Shown: piece by piece, positions 17,168 to 26,517 of the stretch
Numbering within the stretch: position 1 is the first letter of the stretch
How the letters are laid out: every line of letters starts with the position of its first letter
NCBI GenBank assembly: GCA_027039465.1
Contig: JALWEA010000263.1
Coordinates: 1-39,999, forward strand
Length of the DNA stretch: 39,999 nucleotides
Source: Calditrichia bacterium
GTDB taxonomy: Bacteria; Calditrichota; Calditrichia; Calditrichales; Calditrichaceae
Direction of reading: 5' to 3'
Notes under the pieces: generated by a model
Databases searched by the model: none
Seen by the model: only the letters and a program-made list of their open reading frames with translations
What the model was told of the DNA's origin: nothing
Translations under genes and position numbers: made by a program

Positions 17168-19996
17168 GTGAAAATTGGGATTCGATTCACGTTGTTACTG
17201 GCGGTAATACTGTTCGTTTTAAAACCGGGTTTTGCCGGAAATACGGGAAAGTTAGCCGGTATCATCACCGACGCCGAAACCGGCAAACCCTTGCCGGGCG
17301 CTAATATTGTGATTTCGGCCCGCTGGGAAAACGGGCAGGAAATTCCCTTACGTGTGCCGGCCGGTGCCGCCAGCGGTTTGGACGGTAGTTACTACATTTT
17401 GAATTTACGGCCGGGCTTTTACACCATTGAAATAAGTTACATCGGTTACCGTCCGAAAAAATTTACCAAGGTGGCCATTACGGTGGATAAAACCACGCGT
17501 TTGGACGTGGCTTTGCAAAGCGAAGTGTACAAGGGCGAAACCATTCAAGTGGTAGCCTATCGTCCTTCGCAAGTGGAAAAGGATTTAACGGCCACCAAAC
17601 AAGTGTACAATGTGGAAGATGTTCAGTCCATTGCCGGTGTTGCCAATTTGAATGACATTTTGCAATTACAGGCCGATGTGGTGGATGACCACTTTCGGGG
17701 CGGGCGCGTTGGCGAGGCTTCCTATTTGTTCGGCGGCGGACTGATCGTTAATCCGTTAAACAACCGACGTGCGTTTAGTCCCATTGTAACCGCTTTGGAA
17801 CAGGTAGAAGTTTACACCAGCGGTTTCAGTGCCGAATACGGGAATGCACAATCCGGGGTTGTGAATATGGTACCCAAAGAAGGGGGCAGCCGTTGGCAAA
17901 GCCGTTTGGAAGTGGCAAGTACGTTACCCTATTACAAAACCTGGCAGGGAAATCCCTACGATCCCAAAAATTTGTATTTCAATGCGTTGCTTTCTCATCT
18001 GGACGAATGGATGAAAGAAAATCCCAACAATCCCGGTAAACCGTTGTATGATTTGGGCTATGGTTTCGGGCCGACTTATTTGCCCGTACGTATTGTTTGG
18101 CCGCCGGTTTTTTACACCCGTGACGATTCGCTTAAAATAGCCGGCTTGGGCCAAATGGCCTATTTTCAGGCTTTCCGGGAAATCGGAATGGCAACGCCAA
18201 AAGCCATGGATACGCGTCTCGATTTTACGACCGGCGGGCCGTTAACGGAACACTCGACCATTTTTATGGCCGCACGGCAAACCACTTCCGCGCCCATTGT
18301 ACCCATGCCGAATCCGCAAACGGATCGACAAATGTTGGTAAACTGGGCGTATCGTCCTCATGCCACGGATAAAGTAAATCTGACCTTTTTAATCAATTTA
18401 AGTAATACCTACACGTTGAGTAATTTTTTGCGTTACATGTTCGATCGCTCCATGAATGCCTTGTACAATCAATCTTTAACGCGGCAATACGGCGTAAAAT
18501 GGAATCATGTTTATTCGCCGTCTACCTTCTCTAACATTCAGTTAAATATTTTGGATATCAGCAATAAGCAGCGCATCGAGTTGGTGCGACCAGGAGAGTT
18601 TTACGAACAATATTCCAACGGAACCAATTGGACAAACTACACGGCGCCTTCCAATCACCGGATCGGACAACCTTCGGATGATTTCGGAAATCAGAATACA
18701 CGCACGTACAGTCTTAAGGCCAATATGAGCAGTCAGCTTAATAAGTTCAATTTGGTCAAAACAGGCTTGCAGTTTTACTACTACGATGTCGATGTGAACA
18801 TGGATATGAATATTACCACCAAAGGCAACTACCGCAAGGTTAAGTTTAATGCCTTCCCGTATGAAGGCGCTTTATTCTTGCAGGACAAAATGGAATTTGC
18901 CGGTATGATTGCCAATTTGGGTTTGCGATTCGATTTTTATCAACTGAATACGAGTTATTACGGCGATCGATATTCACCTTTGCGGGAACCGAATTTTAAA
19001 ATCCGCACCAAACTTTACAGTCGTTTGCAACCCAGAATCGGCATTTCCTTTCCGGTGTCCGAACGGGCGGTATTTCATTTGAATTACGGTACTTTTACCC
19101 AACGCCCGAATTTCAATCAGTTGTTTTACAATCAGATTACGCTTAACAAAGATGTGGATGTGTTGGGTAATCCGGACTTGAAACCTGAAACAACCAACGC
19201 TTACGATGTGGGTTTGGTTTACGGCTTGCCTTTGGGATTTCGTTTGGATGTGAGCGCCTATTACAAAGATGTTAAAAACTTGGTGGAAAGCGCCTATTAC
19301 AAAGACAAGAATTTCGAAGAATACCGCACCTACATCAATCGCGACTACGCGGATATCAAAGGATTTCATGTGAATCTGGAAAAAATCGGGCGCGGATGGC
19401 AGGGCTACATTCGCTACAATTACGAATCGGCCAAGGGAAAGAGCAGTAACGATTTGAACGCGCCGGTTATCTATTTCGAAACGCCTGATCCCACTTACGG
19501 ACACGTAAAATTACCCAAGCCGGAAGATGTGTATCTGGATTACGATCGCACGCACAAGCTGTTGTTGAATGTTCGTTACACCACGCCCGAAAAATTCGGG
19601 CCTGGCATTTTGGGGCAGCATCCTTTCGGAGCGTTTACGATCAGCAATACCTATCGTCTGATGACCGGTCGGCCTTACACCTGGGATGAAAGCGGTCAGG
19701 GGCTACGGTACAACAAGCGCACACCCACCGAACATGATTGGAGAATGCGCCTGCAAAAGAAATTCCGTTTCGGCGGAACACGCATGACCTGGTATTTGGA
19801 AGGCTTCAATTTACTCAACGAAAAAGTGTACAACTATTCCAGAACATTTAACGACGAACGGGAAACCGCCCGTTGGGAGCAGGGACAAAATGTTTTGATT
19901 TACAACGAATACGCGCCTTACACTACGAGTCAGGCTATTTACCTTTTAAGCAACCAACCGCGTCATTATCGGATGGGCGTAATTTTTGAATTTTAA
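17168..19996 (+). CDS. TonB-dependent receptor with an N-terminal carboxypeptidase-regulatory-like domain (not SusC type)
   Basis: GGAGG RBS with GTG start; GKLAGIITDAETGKPLPGANI; plug motifs HFRGGR and SGFSAEYGNAQSGVVN; barrel motifs LQPRIGISFPVS and GNPDLKPE; terminal Phe. Confidence 0.9.
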   Translation: MKIGIRFTLLLAVILFVLKPGFAGNTGKLAGIITDAETGKPLPGANIVISARWENGQEIPLRVPAGAASGLDGSYYILNLRPGFYTIEISYIGYRPKKFTKVAITVDKTTRLDVALQSEVYKGETIQVVAYRPSQVEKDLTATKQVYNVEDVQSIAGVANLNDILQLQADVVDDHFRGGRVGEASYLFGGGLIVNPLNNRRAFSPIVTALEQVEVYTSGFSAEYGNAQSGVVNMVPKEGGSRWQSRLEVASTLPYYKTWQGNPYDPKNLYFNALLSHLDEWMKENPNNPGKPLYDLGYGFGPTYLPVRIVWPPVFYTRDDSLKIAGLGQMAYFQAFREIGMATPKAMDTRLDFTTGGPLTEHSTIFMAARQTTSAPIVPMPNPQTDRQMLVNWAYRPHATDKVNLTFLINLSNTYTLSNFLRYMFDRSMNALYNQSLTRQYGVKWNHVYSPSTFSNIQLNILDISNKQRIELVRPGEFYEQYSNGTNWTNYTAPSNHRIGQPSDDFGNQNTRTYSLKANMSSQLNKFNLVKTGLQFYYYDVDVNMDMNITTKGNYRKVKFNAFPYEGALFLQDKMEFAGMIANLGLRFDFYQLNTSYYGDRYSPLREPNFKIRTKLYSRLQPRIGISFPVSERAVFHLNYGTFTQRPNFNQLFYNQITLNKDVDVLGNPDLKPETTNAYDVGLVYGLPLGFRLDVSAYYKDVKNLVESAYYKDKNFEEYRTYINRDYADIKGFHVNLEKIGRGWQGYIRYNYESAKGKSSNDLNAPVIYFETPDPTYGHVKLPKPEDVYLDYDRTHKLLLNVRYTTPEKFGPGILGQHPFGAFTISNTYRLMTGRPYTWDESGQGLRYNKRTPTEHDWRMRLQKKFRFGGTRMTWYLEGFNLLNEKVYNYSRTFNDERETARWEQGQNVLIYNEYAPYTTSQAIYLLSNQPRHYRMGVIFEF

Positions 19997-20012
19997 AAAG
20001 TCGGGGTGAACA

Positions 20013-22235
20013 ATGACAGGAAAGATGGTAAACACAATAATCTTAATTTTGCTTGGCTTTTCGTTAAGTCAGGCTCAATTGGAGTATCGCATTCATAACC
20101 GCGGCATGTTGCAGGAAACCGAATTTAACGACGGCACCATCGGCCGCCCGTGGCAAACGGGTGAGGCCGGTAACCGGGCAACGACTCCGGTCATGGAATG
20201 GCCTCCCTATTCGGCAGCTATCGTTAAAGGAATTGAATACAGCGGGCAACACAATATTTTAGGCGCCGGGATGTACATGGCAGCCAATTTGGACGGTAAA
20301 CCGGGAAAAGACAATCGAATTTATGCGTTGTGCGGCGGGGTAGGAGCCAGCTCGCCGGAAAAGGTGGTCGGTGTGTGGAGTTTTCCTATTTCCATGGAAG
20401 AAATCGACAACTATCCCGTTTTGCCGAACGGCGATTTGAATCCCGATTATAATCCGGACGAAGCGGAACAGATTATTATTGCCAAATGGGCAACACCGCT
20501 TGGAGTTACGGTAACACGTACTTCACGTCAATGGAGCTATCCCGATTACGATGATTTCATTATTTACGAATATGAGCTGGATTACAACGGAGACACCGAC
20601 GGCGATCCTTCCACCATTGAACAAACCACGACTTTAAAAGATTTTATGGCGTTGTTTATTTACGGATTTGCGCCGTCCATGTACGGTTACCAGCGGGTTT
20701 ATCAAACCTGGAAATATAATGGCGGAATTTACCGCGGTGATCAGAATACGTTTTGGGATGCGGATTATTGGTTGGCATTTAATCTGGATTTGCGCACCAA
20801 TTTGCGGGACGAATGGGCCAAACCGGAACCGGATTTCGATCTGTTTAAATATCAGGCGGAAACCGGCTATTTGGGCGGGGGCTTGTTAAGTCCGCAGGCG
20901 CCCGGTTATTGCATCCTGTATTACGATACCACGCATCTGGCCATTGTCGATCCGAATAATCCGCAACGCAACGAATCGGAGGCGGTGAACATTTTGCGTA
21001 CGGTGGCCGGTGAATATTTTGAAATCGATGAACACGGGCACATCAAGCAGCCCTGGTCCAATAAAGTAAGTACGGGCAATACCCGCAGTTCCAAGATGAA
21101 AGACATGTCCATTAATCCAGACAATCGCTGGAGCGGAGTTTACAGCGAAGGCAGTACCACCTGGCCTGAAGTACCCAGCCCGCGTTGGTACGGTCGGGCG
21201 GCTTTTAATTATCGGCAAAGCGTGGATGCCGGACAAAAACACACGGTGTTCGGGCCGTACACTTTGCACCACGGTGACAAATTGTATTATTCCATTGCCG
21301 AAGTCATTGGTTACGGAGCGCAGGCCGGCAAGCGCGTGGAAGGCGGTCCGGCTGTAAACGGCGTTTTGCATCAATGGAACCGACTGCCGTCCTGGGATCG
21401 TCCGGTAGTATTTAACGGCAAAAAATACACCGAGATGGGTTACCTGACCGAATACGGATATCCGGACTATGTTAATTCTTCGGTGCACAATGTGCAACAG
21501 GTGGCGGAAAAAGCCTTTGAAGCTTACCTGGGCCACAAACCGACGATACCGGTTTGGCCGGAGGATAATCCTCGTCATGGTGTTTATACCATTCCCATTC
21601 CGCCTCCGGCACCGGCCATTACCATCGAAAATACGCCCAAAGCCGAAGTGCGCATTCAATGGGGTCCGCAAGTTGAAAAATTCGATGTACCTCGCCTGAC
21701 CGATAAAGTGGATCATTACAATGTCTACCGAAGTGTGATGGGCATGGGACCCTGGAAGTTGCTGGCTTCCATTCCCGTGGGCAAAATGCAAGGCGATCAT
21801 TACGAATTTTTGGATACGGATCAAAAGTTCAAAATCGGGGAAACGCGTTACTATGCCGTAACCTCGGTTGATGCCAACGGTAACGAAAGCGGTAAAACCA
21901 ATTTAACCAAACATCAAAAAAACGTCGGCTCCGTGGAAAAGTTGAGCAAAGTTTATGTGGTGCCGAATCCGTTTGTTTTGCGTTCCGGCTATACGGGCAG
22001 CGGCGAAGTGGCCAAGAAAATCGGTTTTTACAAATTGCCTCGCCGTTGCACCATTCGCATTTTTTCCTATGCCGGGCAATTGGTGCAAACCATTGAACAC
22101 AACGATCCGATCTATTCCACCGAATGGTTTCAAATGACGCGCAACGGACAGGACATTGCCTCGGGGATTTATTTTTACGTGGTTACCACGCCTGGCGGCG
22201 ATCAAACCAGCGGTAAATTTATTGTGATCAAATAA
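20013..22235 (+). CDS. Secreted aromatic-rich hypothetical protein with an FN3-like domain and a variant C-terminal sorting domain
   Basis: Signal peptide; FN3-like segment IQW...YNVYRS...YYAVTSVD.NGNES; C-terminus VYVVPNPF...IRIFSYAGQLV...IASGIYFYVV...KFIVIK. Confidence 0.75.
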   Translation: MTGKMVNTIILILLGFSLSQAQLEYRIHNRGMLQETEFNDGTIGRPWQTGEAGNRATTPVMEWPPYSAAIVKGIEYSGQHNILGAGMYMAANLDGKPGKDNRIYALCGGVGASSPEKVVGVWSFPISMEEIDNYPVLPNGDLNPDYNPDEAEQIIIAKWATPLGVTVTRTSRQWSYPDYDDFIIYEYELDYNGDTDGDPSTIEQTTTLKDFMALFIYGFAPSMYGYQRVYQTWKYNGGIYRGDQNTFWDADYWLAFNLDLRTNLRDEWAKPEPDFDLFKYQAETGYLGGGLLSPQAPGYCILYYDTTHLAIVDPNNPQRNESEAVNILRTVAGEYFEIDEHGHIKQPWSNKVSTGNTRSSKMKDMSINPDNRWSGVYSEGSTTWPEVPSPRWYGRAAFNYRQSVDAGQKHTVFGPYTLHHGDKLYYSIAEVIGYGAQAGKRVEGGPAVNGVLHQWNRLPSWDRPVVFNGKKYTEMGYLTEYGYPDYVNSSVHNVQQVAEKAFEAYLGHKPTIPVWPEDNPRHGVYTIPIPPPAPAITIENTPKAEVRIQWGPQVEKFDVPRLTDKVDHYNVYRSVMGMGPWKLLASIPVGKMQGDHYEFLDTDQKFKIGETRYYAVTSVDANGNESGKTNLTKHQKNVGSVEKLSKVYVVPNPFVLRSGYTGSGEVAKKIGFYKLPRRCTIRIFSYAGQLVQTIEHNDPIYSTEWFQMTRNGQDIASGIYFYVVTTPGGDQTSGKFIVIK

Positions 22236-22253
22236 AGGAGTTGGAGAAATAAA

Positions 22254-23252
22254 ATGAAAATACGGACTATTGTTTTATGGGCATTACTGGCCGTCTCGCC
22301 CTTGCTGGCCTTCGAAAAAGTCGGTACAACATCTTTCCAATTTCTGAAGGTGGTGGCCGATGCCCGTTCCATGAGTATGGCCGGGGCTTACACGGCCGTA
22401 GTAGATCGCTCCGATGCCGTTTTCTGGAATCCGGCGGCGCTGACGCGTACGGAAAGTCCGGATATAAGTTTTTCATACATGAATTACTTTCTTGACGTAA
22501 AGCATGTTTCGGCTTCGGCTTGCATTCCGCTGGGTGTTTCCGGCACGCTCGGTTTCCAGTTTATGATGGCGGATTACGGAAAAATCGACGTTACCCGAGT
22601 TGATGCATTGGGCTTTGTAAACGGAGAATACAATCCGGGGCTAACCGGAGAGACCATTAATCCTTATGCGGTGGTGGCGGGCGTTTCGTATGCCAAACGT
22701 CTGACGCAAAAATTCTCTTTCGGATTAACGGCCAAATTGGCCAGAGAAGATATGGATTTTACCAGTCCGTATGCCAAAAATCAAAAAAATTACGAAGTGG
22801 CCCATAATGCTTTGATGTTCGACGCCGGTTTGTTGTACAACACGGGTTTTCGTTCCATCCGTATTTCGGCCACGGTACGGCATTTCGGGCCGGATGTCAA
22901 ATATATCGATCAATCCTATCCTTTGCCGCAGATGATGAATATCGGGGTATCGGCCAATCTGTTTGCAGACGATCAGGCTCTGTTCTTTCATACCGGCCAT
23001 CAACGATTGTTGTTCGCATTTGATTTGGTGCAGGCCAGAGATTACGGCCAACAATATAATGTGGGAATGGAATATTCGTTTCGGAATATAATCTTTCTGC
23101 GCGGCGGATATCGTATTAATTACGATACCGAAGGATTGGCTTTGGGATTCGGTTTGCATTTTAAAGATTATCGAATCGATTATGCATTTAATGATTTCGG
23201 CTCGTTTTTGGGCCATGTTCACCGTTTTTCGATTGGCATTAATTTGAAATAG
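22254..23252 (+). CDS. PorV/PorQ-family outer-membrane beta-barrel
   Basis: Signal peptide followed by FQFLKV...ARSMSMAGAY.AV......VFWNPA, the PorV/FadL-type N-terminal signature; amphipathic strands ending in HRFSIGINL. Confidence 0.8.
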   Translation: MKIRTIVLWALLAVSPLLAFEKVGTTSFQFLKVVADARSMSMAGAYTAVVDRSDAVFWNPAALTRTESPDISFSYMNYFLDVKHVSASACIPLGVSGTLGFQFMMADYGKIDVTRVDALGFVNGEYNPGLTGETINPYAVVAGVSYAKRLTQKFSFGLTAKLAREDMDFTSPYAKNQKNYEVAHNALMFDAGLLYNTGFRSIRISATVRHFGPDVKYIDQSYPLPQMMNIGVSANLFADDQALFFHTGHQRLLFAFDLVQARDYGQQYNVGMEYSFRNIIFLRGGYRINYDTEGLALGFGLHFKDYRIDYAFNDFGSFLGHVHRFSIGINLK

Positions 23253-23266
23253 TTTGGAGTAAAACG

Positions 23267-24763
23267 ATGAAAAAATCCACAATAATGATTTTTTACCTAA
23301 TGGTTTTCGGAACCGCAACTCTGTTTGCCCAGCACCGCGGCGATCTGTTTTCGTTTCAGGGATTGGATGAGACGGTTGACGGAGGGGCGCAATCCATGGC
23401 CATGGGCGGGGCCTGGACGGCCATGAGCGGTCGCCTGGACAACCTATTCCATAATTCCGCCGGATTGGCTTTGATAAAAAAGTGGACAGTGTCGGTCAGC
23501 GGGAATTATTACAAAAAAGATTGGTGGGAAAATCAGGCTTACCGGCCGGATCGTTATTTTGTTACCCTGCCTTTCTATCTGGAAGGAATGTACGTACCTG
23601 ATCCAAAGAACAACGGGGTTCTGGATCGTGATCTGGCATTGGATTCAAGTTATGTGGTACATCCGCCCAAAGACGGCGGCAAGCGCGTGGATAGCAAGGA
23701 AGCGGCAGATTGGACGCGCCAAAAATCAGCGCCCGTTTTTAACAATATCGCTTTGGCTGTTCCGTTACATTTACTGGGACGGGATTTGGTGCTGGCGGCT
23801 TCTTATCAGCAAAAGTTAAATTTTTTGGATTTTGATCGAGACGACACCTATTTGGTGCCCATGCTCGGCACCAGCCTTTATCAGGGCTTTGTGGCGCGCA
23901 TGAACGGCAACGATACACTTAATCTGAAATGGTTCCAATATCAAAGGGAACGCACAGGCTCCCTGCATTCGGTGCACGGCGCTTTGGCCGTTAAGGTAAC
24001 CAAACAACTGAGTTTGGGACTTGCCTTGGATTACACATTTGGCACGAGCACGGATGAGCTCCGGCTTATTAAAAAAGGATATTTCGGTCTGATCGATGAA
24101 AATAAATTCTTTTTTACCTTCGATACTCTGAATCATTTGGAAAACGGGAACTCCGATTTTAAAACCTTAAACAGCGCAATTGGTTTGCAATACCGGTTTG
24201 AGCATGTAACGATTGGTATCAATGTTAATTTACCAAGAACCATTACACGCAACTGGCATTACACCGTAAGCGAGCAAACGGCAAATTCCGTTAGCAATAA
24301 AAAAACGTCAGGGCAAGACCGCCTTGAAATTCCGGCCTCGTATCGCTTTGGTTTGGTTTTCAAACCGATAAAAGCCTTTACCTTTTCGCTCGCGTATGGC
24401 TTTGCGCCTTATAATCAAAGCAAAGTTACATTGGGACAAGCCGATAGTACCTTTCAAAAATGGCCCGATCAACACGCATTGATGGGCGGCCTACGTTACC
24501 AAGCTACCGATTTTTTGGCATTAATGGCCGGTTATCGTTGGAAAACCGCATTATTTGGACCGGATGGTGTTGGCTTTAGAGACCGTGGCCCTGATCAAAC
24601 AAGCATTTCATTTGGCAGTCAATTTTCGTTCGGTTCTTTGGGCAGCGTTATTCTTGCTTTTGAAACCAAATCGATGAATTACCATGACACCTATTTTAGC
24701 AATACCAATTATGCGACCGAAAAAATGCAAAATTTTATCATACAATATGTTTATCAATTTTAA
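23267..24763 (+). CDS. FadL/OmpP1-like outer-membrane beta-barrel
   Basis: Signal peptide; GAQSMAMGGA.TA......LFHNSAGLA hatch motif; alternating beta-strands; C-terminal YVYQF. Confidence 0.7.
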   Translation: MKKSTIMIFYLMVFGTATLFAQHRGDLFSFQGLDETVDGGAQSMAMGGAWTAMSGRLDNLFHNSAGLALIKKWTVSVSGNYYKKDWWENQAYRPDRYFVTLPFYLEGMYVPDPKNNGVLDRDLALDSSYVVHPPKDGGKRVDSKEAADWTRQKSAPVFNNIALAVPLHLLGRDLVLAASYQQKLNFLDFDRDDTYLVPMLGTSLYQGFVARMNGNDTLNLKWFQYQRERTGSLHSVHGALAVKVTKQLSLGLALDYTFGTSTDELRLIKKGYFGLIDENKFFFTFDTLNHLENGNSDFKTLNSAIGLQYRFEHVTIGINVNLPRTITRNWHYTVSEQTANSVSNKKTSGQDRLEIPASYRFGLVFKPIKAFTFSLAYGFAPYNQSKVTLGQADSTFQKWPDQHALMGGLRYQATDFLALMAGYRWKTALFGPDGVGFRDRGPDQTSISFGSQFSFGSLGSVILAFETKSMNYHDTYFSNTNYATEKMQNFIIQYVYQF

Positions 24764-24776
24764 ATAGGAGGAAAGC

Positions 24777-26411
24777 ATGAGACGCATTATTTACCTTGCA
24801 ATGGCACTGATGGTGATTTTTACCGGTGTGCCGAAATTATGGGCCTCGCATATTGATGTGACCGATCAATATGATCTTAAAATGGCCCTTGATTACGCCG
24901 CAACCGCCAATATCGATACGATCTTCCTGACAACCTCGGGTGGAGTTTATACGACGACCGATACCATGGCCTTGTCGGTTCTGGAACCGTTGGTTATGAT
25001 GGCGGCGCCTGGTTTGGCTGAAATGCCGATTTTAACCAACAGCGATCCGAATCAAAAGGTATTGGATATTTTGCGCATTTATGCGGATTTTACCGTGGAA
25101 GGCGTTATTTTTGACGGCGGAAACGATGTAAGCCACGGCATGAAGTATGCGCTGCGCTGCGACAACGATCCGACGCGAGGCTACACCGTTGATCCGGATG
25201 CGGATATTACGGTGAAAAATTGCATCTTCCGCAATTTCTATCAGGATAAAGATCCTACCAAAGACGGACATGTGTTCAAAGTGGCCAAGGTAAAAGTCGG
25301 TACGGTGCGTTTTGAGAATTGTTTGATCGATGGCACGGGCTACGAGGCCATTCGACTTTCCGACACGGAAAAATGGAAAACCACCAAAACATGCGATTCT
25401 TTGATTGTGGAGAACTGCACTTTTACGCGCTGCAATGCCGAAGGTATTCGTTTTTATGCCGACAAAGATACTTCCACAGCCGACGCTTACGTGCTCTTGC
25501 AACATTTGACTTTTTACAATACCGCTACGCGTGTCATGTTCATAAAGAACAACCAAAACACCATCGTTCGGGATATTATCGTTGCCAATTCGCGGCTCTC
25601 CACACACGGACGGGATGATTTTATCATGCAAGTGCAGCAGAAGGGTTCTACCATCAGTAATGTGGATACCTTCCAAGTGACTACATTAGACGGAACGTAC
25701 GACAGAGATAAGTTAATTTATGTGGCAAAGAACGGCGGAAAGGGTACGGATAAGAGCACCATTTGGGGATTCGATCCCAAATTCAAAGATCCGACCAATT
25801 TGGATTTGACCTTGATGCCGACCTCTCATGCCTATTTTGCCGGACATGACGGCAGCGCACTTGGCGATTTAAACTGGGCAAAGGAAACGCCGACGGTTAT
25901 TCCTTTTAGTTATGAAATTCAAGGAAAAGGGCAGTTGCAATTTGATCCGCCATTACAGGGACGCAGTTATGATCCGAACACAACGGTAACGGTCACGGCT
26001 GTCCCGGATTCCGGCTGGCAATTTAAAGAGTGGCAAGGGGATTTGACCGGAACGGATAATCCGGCTTCCATTACGGTGGATGCGGCCAAACACATTACCG
26101 CCGTTTTTGAACAGGCTACTGCCATCGGAGACGGGCAAATGGTGGTTCGCTCTTTTGCCTTGCAGCAAAACTATCCAAACCCGTTTAATCCGCAAACCAC
26201 CATTCAATATTCCATTCCGCAAAACAGTTATGTGCAATTAACCGTTTATGATCGCAACGGCCGTATTGTGCAAACACTAGTAAATTCGATTCAACAAGCC
26301 GGTACTTATCGCGTTCGTTTCGCGCCGAAAAATTTAGCCACCGGTGTTTATTTTTATCGCTTGACCGACGGCGTACACCATGCGGTGCATAAAATGTTGT
26401 TCATTAAGTAA
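24777..26411 (+). CDS. Secreted beta-helix (DUF5123-like) protein with a B-type repeat and T9SS-like CTD; paralog of the C-terminal third of the 1405-aa protein
   Basis: AGGAGG RBS. It shares TNSDP, GMKY, DGH.FK, GYEAIR.SDTEKW, DSLIV.NCTFT and RDII.ANSRLS with 11539-12543; CTD LQQNYPNPFNP...LATGVYFYRL. Confidence 0.85.
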   Translation: MRRIIYLAMALMVIFTGVPKLWASHIDVTDQYDLKMALDYAATANIDTIFLTTSGGVYTTTDTMALSVLEPLVMMAAPGLAEMPILTNSDPNQKVLDILRIYADFTVEGVIFDGGNDVSHGMKYALRCDNDPTRGYTVDPDADITVKNCIFRNFYQDKDPTKDGHVFKVAKVKVGTVRFENCLIDGTGYEAIRLSDTEKWKTTKTCDSLIVENCTFTRCNAEGIRFYADKDTSTADAYVLLQHLTFYNTATRVMFIKNNQNTIVRDIIVANSRLSTHGRDDFIMQVQQKGSTISNVDTFQVTTLDGTYDRDKLIYVAKNGGKGTDKSTIWGFDPKFKDPTNLDLTLMPTSHAYFAGHDGSALGDLNWAKETPTVIPFSYEIQGKGQLQFDPPLQGRSYDPNTTVTVTAVPDSGWQFKEWQGDLTGTDNPASITVDAAKHITAVFEQATAIGDGQMVVRSFALQQNYPNPFNPQTTIQYSIPQNSYVQLTVYDRNGRIVQTLVNSIQQAGTYRVRFAPKNLATGVYFYRLTDGVHHAVHKMLFIK

Positions 26412-26467
26412 ACAAGGAAAGACATTCGCACAGGGATGTGTTATTTTTTTTAATTAATTTGGAAAAG

Positions 26468-26503
26468 ATAATTAGGGCTTTGGCTTAAAGCCCTGATTAT
26501 TTA
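26468..26503 (+). terminator. Intergenic hairpin between the 544-aa gene and PL6 (probable terminator or stability stem)
   Basis: ataattagggcttt-ggctt-aaagccctgattat forms a 14-bp stem with one G-U pair, followed by an AT-rich tail. Confidence 0.65.
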
Positions 26504-26517
26504 TATTACCATTCGGG

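Noticed and set aside
20886-21824. 312-aa antisense ORF and the many other 60-214-aa overlapping ORFs in the track
   Set aside because: They lie wholly within well-supported genes on the opposite strand or in another frame and show no recognisable motifs; they are typical shadow ORFs.
17168-22235. Calling the receptor and the next gene a SusC/SusD pair
   Set aside because: The receptor lacks the SusC-type KDA...IYG.RAANGV plug motif, and the next protein has no lipobox or TPR pattern and ends in a CTD.
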